Assembly: GCA_019247695.1 (NCBI GenBank)
Contig: JAFBAP010000183.1
Coordinates: 301 to 64,300, forward strand
Length of the DNA stretch: 64,000 nt
Source of the DNA: Verrucomicrobiota bacterium
GTDB lineage: Bacteria > Verrucomicrobiota > Verrucomicrobiia > Chthoniobacterales > JAFAMB01
Direction of reading: 5' to 3'
The translations under genes and the position numbers were made by a program. This document shows, one piece after another, positions 17,758-26,609 of the stretch (positions within the stretch are counted from its first letter, which is position 1; the number at the start of each line of letters is the position of its first letter). Below the pieces are notes generated by a model, which was given only the letters and a program-made list of their open reading frames with translations, had not been told where the DNA came from and ran no database searches.

Positions 17758-18609
17758 ATGCAAATAAGAGAGGGCTACGAGATCGAAATTCGCCCCCGCC
17801 AAAACTGGCTGAAGGTGGATTGGGAAAGCCTGGTGGAATTCCGGGACCTTTTCCTGTTGCTGGTCCGGCGGGATTTCGTGGTGAAATACAAGCAGACGTT
17901 ACTGGGACCGCTCTGGTTCGTGATTCAGCCGCTGCTGACTACCCTGGTGTTCACCGTAATTTTCGGCGGCGTGGCTAAAATATCGACGGAGGGCATTCCT
18001 CCCATGGCTTTTTACCTCAGCGGCTTGACGGTATGGGCCTATTTTTCCCAGTGCGTCAATACTAACGCGACCACGTTTCTCACCAACGCCAACCTGTTCT
18101 CGAAAGTGTTTTTCCCGCGGCTGATTGTGCCATTAAGCACGACGGTGTCCACTCTGTTTGCCCTCGCGGTTCAACTCGTCAGCCTGATCGCGTTTATCAC
18201 CTATTTCAAAGTCAACGGCGCGCCGGTCTACCCGACCGCACTTGCAATCGTCACCGTGCCTTTGGTGATCTTCCAATCGGCAGTCCTGGCGCTCGGCTTC
18301 GGCCTGCTGTTTGCATCGTTCACGGCGAAATACCAGGATCTCGTTCATCTCATCGGCTTCGGCCTGCAGATCTGGATGTACGCAAGCCCGATCATCTATC
18401 CCGCCTCGAAAATCCCGGCCAGGTACGCCTGGCTGATCTGGGTAAATCCGGTAGCGCCCGTCATCGAGAATTTCCGCGCAGGCTTTCTCGGTACCCCATT
18501 CATGCCGGCCCCGGTCACCGTCTGGTCCATCATTCTGACCGGATCGATCTTCTTTGCCGGCCTGTTCCAGTACCAGCGGGCCGAGCGCACCTTCATCGAC
18601 ACGATATAA
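17758..18609 (+). CDS. ABC-2 type polysaccharide export permease (Wzm/TagG/KpsM-like)
   Basis: 283 aa. LFLLLVRRDFVVKYKQTLLGPLWFVIQPLLTTLVFTVIFG is the canonical ABC-2 permease N-terminal signature, with about 6 TM segments. Confidence 0.85.
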   Translation: MQIREGYEIEIRPRQNWLKVDWESLVEFRDLFLLLVRRDFVVKYKQTLLGPLWFVIQPLLTTLVFTVIFGGVAKISTEGIPPMAFYLSGLTVWAYFSQCVNTNATTFLTNANLFSKVFFPRLIVPLSTTVSTLFALAVQLVSLIAFITYFKVNGAPVYPTALAIVTVPLVIFQSAVLALGFGLLFASFTAKYQDLVHLIGFGLQIWMYASPIIYPASKIPARYAWLIWVNPVAPVIENFRAGFLGTPFMPAPVTVWSIILTGSIFFAGLFQYQRAERTFIDTI

Positions 18610-18622
18610 AATGCCACCGCAG

Positions 18623-18960
18623 AAAATGCCACAAATGGAAGACGGGTGTCGGGTGTCGGGTGTCGAGTTCGGAGTTCGGAGTTCGGAGTTCGGAGCGGCT
18701 TCGCCCCACGGGTCCTTAATCTGTGTCAATCTGTGTAATCTGTGGATGCTTCCTCTTTTCTGCGTCCTCTGCGTGTTCTGCGGATGATTCGGTCTTCCCA
18801 CCGTGTGAACGTGACCCTCGGGGTAGATCGGACCCGCTTCTACGATGCCTCCGAACTCCGAACGCCGAGCCCCGAACTCTTCCCCTTCCCGCCGCGGCTC
18901 TCCGTGTGACCGGCACTCGACACTCGACACTCGACACCCGTCTTCAATTTGTGGCATTTT
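18623..18960. repeat. Composite palindromic repeat element, copy 1 (full, with 46-nt TIRs)
   Basis: 18623-18668 is the reverse complement of 18915-18960 at 43/46 positions (hand alignment). Nested tandem 7-mers (GGTGTCG x3, GAGTTCG x4) are mirrored on the other arm. The 99-nt core at 18756-18854 is shared with copy 2. Confidence 0.85.
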
Positions 18961-18962
18961 AA

Positions 18963-20219
18963 ATGAATGTTCTCGTCGATAACGGTTTACCCGAACTGAC
19001 GAACCTGGGTGACCTGGCGATGTTAATGGCGGCGTGTCGCGGGATTCGCCGGAGGTGGCCCGGCGCGAGGATTTTTACGTTCGCCACCAGTCCCGAGCGC
19101 CTGAAGGCGACGTTGCCTGACGTGGCGGCCGTGGACCCGGTCGGCCGGGAATTATGGTCGCAAGCGGCCGCCCTGGGCTGGCTGGTGGAGACCAAGGTGC
19201 CCCGGCTGCAAGGCCCGGCGCGCGTCTACCGCAGGCTGACGGGCCGGCCTTCACTTGCACCCTTGATCGAACTCGGGGCGCGCAGCGATAAACCGCGCGA
19301 AGGCGCGGTCTCGGCGTTTCTGCATTTCCTCCGCGAAGTCGACCTTTACTTCTGGGCCGGGGGCGGCTACCTGGCCGATCCGTTCGGATCATTGGCCACC
19401 AAACTGGCCAATACGCTTGAGGCGCTGTCCGGGCGCAAGGTGCCGGCAGCAGCTTTCGGGCTGGGCATCGGCCCGCTTCACCGGCCGCGCATCCTCAGGA
19501 CCGTACGTGCAACGATGCGCAATCTTTGCGCGATCGGGGTTCGGGAAGGAAGTTCACTGCAACTGCTGCAAGGTTGGTCACTGGATGGAGCTGACCTGTG
19601 TCTGACCGGAGACGATGCCGTTGCCGGGGCATTTGCCGAGCGACGGCCGGCACTCGGGGATGCGCTTGGGGTCAGCATCCGGCTCGAGTACTACTCCGAG
19701 CTCGCCGCCCGGCACTTGGCGGTGATCAAGGAGGTGGCACATGAATTCTGCGTCCGGCAAGGCGCCGGGATGACCTCGATTCCGATCGCGCCGGGCGACT
19801 TCGCACCCAACGCGAGGTTGCGCGCCGGTGCCGTGCCCTTCGAGGCGCCCGCATTCGAACTCGGGGCGGTTTACGCGGCGATCCGCCGTTGCCGGGTGGT
19901 GATCACCGCTTCTTACCATGCGGCCGTCTTTGCGCTCTCGATGGGAATTCCCGCCATCGGACTGGCCGGCAGCGAATACTACGTCCAGAAATTCCGGGGA
20001 CTGCAGAAACAATTCGGGGGTATCCCGCGGCTGATCTTGTGCCGGGCGCAAACGCCGGTCGACGCGTTCCGGGATGAACTTCGCGAAGCGCTCACGGGCT
20101 TTTGGTCAGATGCGCCCCGGGTTCGTCCAAGCCTTCTGGCGGGCGCGGCGGCACAGGTTGCCATCAACGACGCGTTTCGTGAGCGCGTATTTGACCGGTT
20201 GGAGGCGCAATTCCGGTAA
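18963..20219 (+). CDS. Polysaccharide pyruvyl transferase family protein (WcaK/CsaB-like)
   Basis: 418 aa. Has NLGDLAML near the N-terminus, WAGGGYLADPFG, and GVREGSSLQLL, which are typical PS_pyruv_trans blocks. Confidence 0.7.
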   Translation: MNVLVDNGLPELTNLGDLAMLMAACRGIRRRWPGARIFTFATSPERLKATLPDVAAVDPVGRELWSQAAALGWLVETKVPRLQGPARVYRRLTGRPSLAPLIELGARSDKPREGAVSAFLHFLREVDLYFWAGGGYLADPFGSLATKLANTLEALSGRKVPAAAFGLGIGPLHRPRILRTVRATMRNLCAIGVREGSSLQLLQGWSLDGADLCLTGDDAVAGAFAERRPALGDALGVSIRLEYYSELAARHLAVIKEVAHEFCVRQGAGMTSIPIAPGDFAPNARLRAGAVPFEAPAFELGAVYAAIRRCRVVITASYHAAVFALSMGIPAIGLAGSEYYVQKFRGLQKQFGGIPRLILCRAQTPVDAFRDELREALTGFWSDAPRVRPSLLAGAAAQVAINDAFRERVFDRLEAQFR

Positions 20220-20261
20220 GGCCACTGCGCGGTGCGCTGCATCGCGTAGAGCATTCGCCGG

Positions 20262-21248
20262 ATGGTGACCACGATGGGATCAATTCAAGGCAGGATAGCA
20301 AAGGTAACGATCGGGATTCCCGTTTACAATTGTGAACGGTGGATCGCGGACACAATTCGCGCCGCGCTGGCGCAGACGTGGGAACACAAGGAAATCATCG
20401 TGGTGGATGACGGTTCATCCGACGCCACCCCGGAACTCTGCCGTGAGTTCGGCGACCGGATCCGGTTTGTAGCCCAGGGACGCCGCGGCGGCAACGCGGC
20501 ACGCAACCATGCATTGCGTCTGGCCTCAGGCGATTGGGTGCAATTTCTGGATGCGGACGATTCACTGCCGCCGGAGAAAATCGCCATCCAGTTGGGTGCA
20601 AAAGCGGCCGCCGGCCGCGACGTGATCTGCAGCCCGGTGATCTTCGAAAAGTGGCACGGCGACCGGCTCGTCCGGCGCGGCGCGCAGCAAATTGCGCAGC
20701 CCGTCGATTGGAAAGCGGAATGGCTTCGCTGGAATCTCCCGCAGACCGGTGGCTGCCTCTGGTCCCGAGAGGCGCTTCTGGATATCGGGGGCTGGAATGA
20801 GGATTATCGCTTCAACCAGGAATACGAGCTTTATTTTCGTGCGCTGCGGGCGGGATTGAACTTCGCCCTGGTGGACGGGCCGCGCGCGATCTACCGGCTC
20901 TGGTCCGAAAACACGGTTTGCAGAAGGGATAAGTCCGGCGTCGTGCTCGGCAAGACCCGGCTGATCCACGCCTTCCTTGACTGGCTGGCAACGGCGGCGC
21001 CCGACGACCTCCCCCATTATCGGCGCCTGGCCGGAGTTGCGTGCTTCGAAATGGCGCGCACGCTCGCCGCCCAGGATCTCGTGCTGGCGCGGAACTTTTT
21101 CCTGGATCGACGACGGGAAGGGTTGATCACCCTGGACGGGCCGGCTGCACCGTGGAAGTACCGGTTTACGCTTCGTGTGCTTGGCTTTGCTGCTGCCGAA
21201 AAGCTCGCCCGCCTCACGCGACGCAACACGGCCGCTGCAGCGGCCTGA
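20262..21248 (+). CDS. Glycosyltransferase family 2
   Basis: Motifs TIGIPVYNCERWI, IIVVDDGSSDAT and VQFLDADD. Confidence 0.85.
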   Translation: MVTTMGSIQGRIAKVTIGIPVYNCERWIADTIRAALAQTWEHKEIIVVDDGSSDATPELCREFGDRIRFVAQGRRGGNAARNHALRLASGDWVQFLDADDSLPPEKIAIQLGAKAAAGRDVICSPVIFEKWHGDRLVRRGAQQIAQPVDWKAEWLRWNLPQTGGCLWSREALLDIGGWNEDYRFNQEYELYFRALRAGLNFALVDGPRAIYRLWSENTVCRRDKSGVVLGKTRLIHAFLDWLATAAPDDLPHYRRLAGVACFEMARTLAAQDLVLARNFFLDRRREGLITLDGPAAPWKYRFTLRVLGFAAAEKLARLTRRNTAAAAA

Positions 21249-21255
21249 TTTCCCA

Positions 21256-22224
21256 ATGACGACCCCGATGAGCAAGGCGATTTCATTGCTGATTCCCTGC
21301 TACAATGCAGCCGCATTTCTGCCGGGACTTTTTGACCGGATCAATCGCCAGACCACCCCGTTCAACGAGGTGATCGTCTACGACGACCATAGCAGCGACA
21401 AGTCGGCAGAACTTGCCGGGCGATTTGGGGCCAGGGTGCTTCGAGGCTCGAGGACGCGCGGCCCGGGGTTCGCCCGCAATCGCCTGCTGGAGGCCGCCAC
21501 CTCGCCGTGGGTGCATTACCATGACGCCGACGATTGGCTCTCCTCCCGTTTCGTGGAACGAATGAGCGACGCCCTGCTTTCGCCCGATCACGGGGCGGCT
21601 TGCGCCCTGCGGGTCGTATACCTGGACGGCTCGGAACCTGATTCGGTCCTGCGCTTTCCGGAGGTGGCGACCACGGACAACCTGGTGGCGCTGATGATCA
21701 GGCAATTCATCCACCTCGATGCGCTCGTGTTCCCCAAACATCTGATCAAGGCTGCGGGTGGCTTCGTCGACCAGATGCGCTTCAGCGAGGACCGCGATTT
21801 GCTGGCCCGCATCGCGGAAACGTCCGTCCGTTTCGGCTACATCGATGAACCGCTTGCAACCTGGACCAAACACGCGAGATCACTGACGCGGTCCCGCCCG
21901 ACGCTGGCGCAGGCGCCTTACCGGCGCTGGTACCTGCATCGCTGTTACCATAAACTCAGCCGGCGGCACCGTAAAACCATCGGTAACCAGGCGCTTTACG
22001 TTGCCTGGATGTTTTATTTCGACGCCGCCGGACCCGAAGCCGACGCGTACCGGCGTGAGGCGCGCCGCTGGATCTATTTGGCGCGCCTTTGCAACCAGCG
22101 ATACGAATCCTGCCGCTCTCTGCCGGAACGCCTCGTTGGCCGCTTTCTCGGACCGGAAGTGGTCTTTCGGGCGCGACGGTGGTATGCAAAGAGACGGGCT
22201 CGGCTCCTCGCCGCCGGAGGCTGA
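21256..22224 (+). CDS. Glycosyltransferase family 2 (paralog set A, third member)
   Basis: ATG at 21256 (MTTPMSKAISLLIPCYNAAAFL). Motifs VYDDHSSDKS, FARNRLLEAATSPWVHYHDADDWL. Confidence 0.85.
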   Translation: MTTPMSKAISLLIPCYNAAAFLPGLFDRINRQTTPFNEVIVYDDHSSDKSAELAGRFGARVLRGSRTRGPGFARNRLLEAATSPWVHYHDADDWLSSRFVERMSDALLSPDHGAACALRVVYLDGSEPDSVLRFPEVATTDNLVALMIRQFIHLDALVFPKHLIKAAGGFVDQMRFSEDRDLLARIAETSVRFGYIDEPLATWTKHARSLTRSRPTLAQAPYRRWYLHRCYHKLSRRHRKTIGNQALYVAWMFYFDAAGPEADAYRREARRWIYLARLCNQRYESCRSLPERLVGRFLGPEVVFRARRWYAKRRARLLAAGG

Positions 22225-22230
22225 ATCGAG

Positions 22231-23496
22231 ATGCGAATTGCCTTTATCGTCGGCCCGTTTCCGGTCTTGTCCGAAACGTTTATTCTCAATCAGATCACCG
22301 GGTTGCTTGATCGCGGCCATGAGGTGGACATCTTCGCCCTGGCCCGGCCCCCGGCAGGTTCGGTTCATCCGGACTTCGAACGTTACCGTCTCCATGAGCG
22401 GACCTGTTACGTGGAGGCAACCCCGGACCGGGTACGCCGGTTGGCCGTTGCCGCGCAAACCGCGGTTCGCGCGTTGCGAACCCGGCGGCTCCGGCCCTTC
22501 CGGGCCCTGAACCCCCTCCGGTTTGGGCGCGATGCCCTGAGCCTGTCGCAGTTCACCAGTTTCGGCCCCTTTATCGGCCGGCCGGAGTATGACGTGATCC
22601 ACAGTCACTTCGGGCCGTCAGGCCTTTTTGCGCAGCTTTTGCGCAGCGTTGACGCACTTCGCGGTCCGCTTATCACGACTTTTCACGGCTATGATATCTC
22701 TTCATACCTCCATGAACGCGGCCATTCCATCTACGCCGGCCTCTTCCGGTACGGCGATGCGTTCACCTGTTCCAGCCTCTACATCCGAAACCGGTTGGTG
22801 GCGGCCGGTTGCGACGCCCGGAAACTCGTCCGCTTCAAGCTCGGGACGGACCTCGCCAAGTTCCCGTTTCGGGAACGCCGGCCGACGGCGGATGGTCCGT
22901 TGCGTATTCTGACGGTGGCGCGGCTCACCGAGAAAAAAGGGTTTGAATACGCCATTCCGGCGGTGGCAAAAATCCTGCCCGCCTTCCCCAACGTGCGATA
23001 CGATATCGTGGGCGACGGCCACCTGAGGGGGCGCCTTGCTCAGCTGATCCAAGAGCTGGGAGCCGGCGCCAGCATCCGGTTGCTCGGCTGGAAAAACGAG
23101 GCGGAGGTTCGTCAGATCTTCGCCGATTCGCACCTGTTCCTCCTCGCCAGCGTGGAAGGCCCGAATGGCGACGTTGAAGGCCAGGGCATGGTCTTGCAGG
23201 AAGCCCAGGCCATGGGTTTGCCGGTGATCTGTACCCGGCACAACGGCTTTCCCGAAAGCATCCTGGACGGGCGCTCCGGTTTTCTGGCGCCCGAACGTGA
23301 CAGCGACGCGCTCGCCGCCACCTTGCACCACGCCATCTCGCAGCCTGAACGCTGGCCCGAACTTGGCCGGGCAGGACGGGAATACGTGGAGCGGGAGTAT
23401 GACCTGCAAGAGCGAAACGACGCGCTGGTGGAGCTTTACCGGAGCCTGCAAGAAGCCGCGCCGGGCCGCGCCACTGAGCGCATCTGCCTGAAATAA
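22231..23496 (+). CDS. Glycosyltransferase family 4 (WcaL-like)
   Basis: Motifs MRIAFIVGPFPVLSETFILNQI, RLTEKKG and EGQGMVLQEAQAMGLPVICT (E-x7-E region). Confidence 0.85.
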   Translation: MRIAFIVGPFPVLSETFILNQITGLLDRGHEVDIFALARPPAGSVHPDFERYRLHERTCYVEATPDRVRRLAVAAQTAVRALRTRRLRPFRALNPLRFGRDALSLSQFTSFGPFIGRPEYDVIHSHFGPSGLFAQLLRSVDALRGPLITTFHGYDISSYLHERGHSIYAGLFRYGDAFTCSSLYIRNRLVAAGCDARKLVRFKLGTDLAKFPFRERRPTADGPLRILTVARLTEKKGFEYAIPAVAKILPAFPNVRYDIVGDGHLRGRLAQLIQELGAGASIRLLGWKNEAEVRQIFADSHLFLLASVEGPNGDVEGQGMVLQEAQAMGLPVICTRHNGFPESILDGRSGFLAPERDSDALAATLHHAISQPERWPELGRAGREYVEREYDLQERNDALVELYRSLQEAAPGRATERICLK

Positions 23497-24383
23497 GCAC
23501 GCGTCTGCCCTTCGCGGTATTCCTTGTGATCCTTCACGCTGTGGATGATGGCGTAACCGCGTCGCCCCAGTTCCTCCGGAGCGGCCAGCAGGCCCAGGTG
23601 CTTCACCCCAAAAACCTCGCGTTCAGCTTCGTTCTGTTGAATGCAAAAGCCGACGGCCTGAACGCAGAGCGACAGGACCGTATCTTCCCCTAACGGGGTT
23701 TTCAACCAGAGCAGCGGGTCATCCAGAAGCCCCTCCGTTTCGAGAGCCCGGACGGCCCGCATCGACATGGCATACCCGCCACCTGAGCAGTGTTCGCCCA
23801 AGCGATACCCATTGAGCAAGGCGCGCCGGATGACGTTGCGGATGCGCCCGTACCGGCCCAGAAAACCCACCTGCAACGCCGTTCCCCCAAGCGGGGTCCG
23901 CCGCCAGACGGCCCACTGCCGCAAAAGCTTTTCAAGGGCCGGGGCTGATGAACTCTCCCGGTCCGAAGCGGGACTAAACTGGTAAGCGCCCATGATCCCC
24001 ATCTCCCGCCGCCGTTGAAATGCCTCCAGAACGCGTTCGGAAAACGCGTCAATCACCAGGGAGTCGGTGTCCAGCTTGACGACGAAGTCGTGATCATCCG
24101 GAAGCCCCACCACGGTTTGGAGGGCCGCCAGGGTCCCGGCCGCCGCCCCTGAACCCCAGCCGCTGCCCCGCCCCCTTCGAGGGTTCGTGGTCACCACGCG
24201 AGGGTAATCGGCCTCACCGGCAATTTCACGGTCCAGATCCCGGGCGCCAGCATGGTCATCCACCAAAACCAACGTAAAATTCCCGGCCTCATACGCCTGC
24301 AGCGAATCCAGCAGGTCGCGAGCCCGGACGATTTCCTCCGTTGCCGGGCCTACCGGGAGAATGACCGCGAATCGGGCGTCCAT
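23436..24383 (-). CDS. GT-A-fold-like protein of unknown specificity (paralog of 165..1103)
   Basis: 315 aa with ATG start. Collinear similarity to 165..1103 across the full length. Its 3' end overlaps the convergent GT4 gene by 61 nt. Confidence 0.65.
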   Translation of the reverse strand: MDARFAVILPVGPATEEIVRARDLLDSLQAYEAGNFTLVLVDDHAGARDLDREIAGEADYPRVVTTNPRRGRGSGWGSGAAAGTLAALQTVVGLPDDHDFVVKLDTDSLVIDAFSERVLEAFQRRREMGIMGAYQFSPASDRESSSAPALEKLLRQWAVWRRTPLGGTALQVGFLGRYGRIRNVIRRALLNGYRLGEHCSGGGYAMSMRAVRALETEGLLDDPLLWLKTPLGEDTVLSLCVQAVGFCIQQNEAEREVFGVKHLGLLAAPEELGRRGYAIIHSVKDHKEYREGQTRAYFRQMRSVARPGAASCRLR

Positions 24384-24641
24384 GGCGGGGTGCGTTTCCG
24401 GGGTTCACGCGAGAACGAACGCAGCCCTCCCTTCCTTTGTTGTGTATGATCTTTCAAGCCGTGGCCGGTGCGGTGCCCTCGCTCGAGCGGGCGTTCCGGG
24501 GTGCCGGGCCTCCCCCGTTGCCCGGCGGCAATCGGTTCGCCGTCTCCATCGAAACCATCCAACCTGGAACTTGCCGTTTCAGCCGGCCGGCTCATACCTC
24601 GTGCTCCTTGCAAACCGCCATTTCGTCCTGCAGAACTGTTT

Positions 24642-25466
24642 TCACGGCAAGACGCCTAACCCGTGTGCCAACAATTTTGCAGAACGTTTCACTAAAGGAT
24701 CGAGGTGCTTCGGCAGCTTCCCGGCATCATATTCAAACGCATCCGAATTCTGTTGTTTCAGGCCGGCGGAGGCCTGCAGCTTTTCACGCCAGACGGCCGC
24801 CCGGGCATGCTCCCAGCCGGTGAAGCCGCCCGCCACCGATTTGAGCCGCGTCTGCAGTCGTAGCTGCGTCTGTTCCGGCGATCGGTATTTGTAGTGCTTG
24901 TAAAGCAGGCGCTTCGGGTAAACCGGGCCCATATTCAGCGGCCAACCCGTGTTCGCCGGCCAGACCAACCGCTCGCGGTCCCGGAAAAATCGAGGTTCCG
25001 AGTTGTTGACGGAGTAATACGTGAGCCGGCCGAGGTCCGCCTCCGGCACCTCCGGCCGCAACTGGTAGTCGGGAGCGACATCTTTTTCAGTCAGATAGAA
25101 CTCGACGGCAATCCCCCAGACGACGTGGTAGGGCCACGGCACCCGGGACAGGAACCGCCTCGGGTCTTCCACATAGAACTCGTCCGCATCCAGGTGACAC
25201 CACCAGTCGCCCGAACGCGATCCGTCCCGAAAGGCGTTAAAGACCTCCGCACGCAGACTTTCCTGGAAGACCTTGCCGTCCTGCTTCCAGGGGACGATCT
25301 TTTCGCCGGCCATACTGCAGGCGATGTCCCACGTGTTATCGTCGCTCTGGCCGTCGTAGACGATAATCCGGTCAGCCCACTCGGAGGCAGCCTGTAGACC
25401 GGCGCGCAGGATATCGCCTTCGTTTTTGACGACGCAGATGCAATGGATCTTAAAATTGCGAGACAT
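24642..25466 (-). CDS. Glycosyltransferase family 2-like protein
   Basis: Has CICVVKNEGDILRAGL...IIVYDGQSDDNTWDI...HLDADEF (a DxD-type signature). Confidence 0.7.
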   Translation of the reverse strand: MSRNFKIHCICVVKNEGDILRAGLQAASEWADRIIVYDGQSDDNTWDIACSMAGEKIVPWKQDGKVFQESLRAEVFNAFRDGSRSGDWWCHLDADEFYVEDPRRFLSRVPWPYHVVWGIAVEFYLTEKDVAPDYQLRPEVPEADLGRLTYYSVNNSEPRFFRDRERLVWPANTGWPLNMGPVYPKRLLYKHYKYRSPEQTQLRLQTRLKSVAGGFTGWEHARAAVWREKLQASAGLKQQNSDAFEYDAGKLPKHLDPLVKRSAKLLAHGLGVLP

Positions 25467-25664
25467 CAGTCAGGGAAGCGCTGTAACCGGATGCGGCAGG
25501 TTCGGTCTCATTGGCTATAATGCGTAGAACAGGTAATCAAAGCGGGCATCCAGTCAAAAAATATCCGCGGTCATCATCGCGCGTGCCGCGCGTGCTTGAA
25601 GCCTCTCATTTTTGTAATTTTTGCACTTGTGAAATTTGTAATGTTTCATTATAGGCGCTGACGC
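25467..25664. promoter_or_regulatory. Divergent promoter region with duplicated TTTGTAAT motif
   Basis: AT-rich intergenic region between divergent genes. TTTGTAAT occurs at 25611-25618 and 25635-25642, just upstream of ATG 25665. Confidence 0.3.
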
Positions 25665-26609
25665 ATGCCTGTTATTTCGGTCGTTATCCCGACGCACAAC
25701 CGGTGCCACCTCCTGGCACGCGCTTTGGATTCGCTCCCGCCAAGGCCGGACGGCCTGCTCGAGGTCATCGTGGTCGATGACGGTTCCACCGATGACACCG
25801 AATCAGTCGTGCGTAAGAGCGGGCGAGAGGTGACCTTCCTTCAGCAGGCGCAAGCCGGCCCGGGCGCCGCGCGTAACCTCGGCCTGGACGCGACTTCCGG
25901 CGAGTATGTGGCTTTTCTGGACAGCGACGACGTCTGGCTGCCGTGGACCTTTTCAGTTTACCGGCAGGTTTTAGGGCAGTACCCGGGCGCCGGTTTTATC
26001 GCCGGCTCTCCTTTCTGGTTTACCGATGACTCGGAAATCGCCGTTGCCGCCGTTGCAGCGGCAGGTGAACTCGACGCACGCTTTTTCCCCGATTACTTCG
26101 CCTCGGCGACGCACCCGATCTGGCTGGGGGCCTCGTGCCTGCTCGTCCGCCGGCATCGCCGGCCGCGCTTTGAACCAAGCCACATGAACGCCGAAGACCT
26201 CGATTTCGCGCTCCATTTCGGCGCAGAACCGGGTTTTGTCTGGATCCGGCACCCGCGCACCTTCGGCTACCGGCGTCACGGCCCCAGCGCGGTGGGGAAC
26301 TTTACGCGGACCCTGCAGGGGATCAATCACCTGGTGGACGAAGAACGGCGCGGGCGTTACCCCGGAGGTAATGCTCGCCGCCGGGAACGGCTCGCTTTGA
26401 TTACCCGAGCCGTGCGGCCACCGGTCGTCGAAGGCCTGAAACGCGGCCAATGGCGGCAGGCCTGGCACCTTTATCGTCGAACCTTCGGATGGCACCTGGC
26501 GTTGCGACGCTGGAAATTTTTGCTGGCCTGCCCGGCGCTGCCGCTGCTTTCCACCAGCGCCGGAATGGGAAAAACCGCCGGCGAAACAACCCAACCGAGC
26601 TACGGATGA
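25665..26609 (+). CDS. Glycosyltransferase family 2
   Basis: Motifs ISVVIPTHNRCHLL, VIVVDDGSTDDT and VAFLDSDD. Confidence 0.85.
   Translation: MPVISVVIPTHNRCHLLARALDSLPPRPDGLLEVIVVDDGSTDDTESVVRKSGREVTFLQQAQAGPGAARNLGLDATSGEYVAFLDSDDVWLPWTFSVYRQVLGQYPGAGFIAGSPFWFTDDSEIAVAAVAAAGELDARFFPDYFASATHPIWLGASCLLVRRHRRPRFEPSHMNAEDLDFALHFGAEPGFVWIRHPRTFGYRRHGPSAVGNFTRTLQGINHLVDEERRGRYPGGNARRRERLALITRAVRPPVVEGLKRGQWRQAWHLYRRTFGWHLALRRWKFLLACPALPLLSTSAGMGKTAGETTQPSYG

Noticed and set aside
18641-18695. Short tandem arrays considered as a possible CRISPR array. These are the heptamers here, the CTCCGAA array at 44306-44333 and the CGCCGTG array at 44344-44429.
   Set aside because: The period is only 7-10 nt with no unique spacers, and no cas genes are in the window. 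These are microsatellite-like arms of the composite repeat.
18756-18854. Possible small protein encoded by the conserved repeat core. Both copies translate to SACSADDS(V/A)FPPCER... on one strand and SDL.RG.RSHGGK.ESSAEHAE.AEK on the other.
   Set aside because: Both strands are open simultaneously, and there is no start codon or ribosome-binding context. Most of the 13 nucleotide differences between copies change the amino acid in at least one of the frames. The conservation is better explained at the DNA/RNA level.
21175-21255. The longer N-terminal extensions given by the track for several genes (21175, 26450, 32315, 36555, 15079, 45589, 8948, 3406, 4293, 1145).
   Set aside because: These extensions begin at non-ATG codons or overlap the preceding gene extensively. 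An internal ATG gives a canonical family N-terminus or signal peptide and a 1-8 nt coupling overlap, so the shorter coordinates were preferred.
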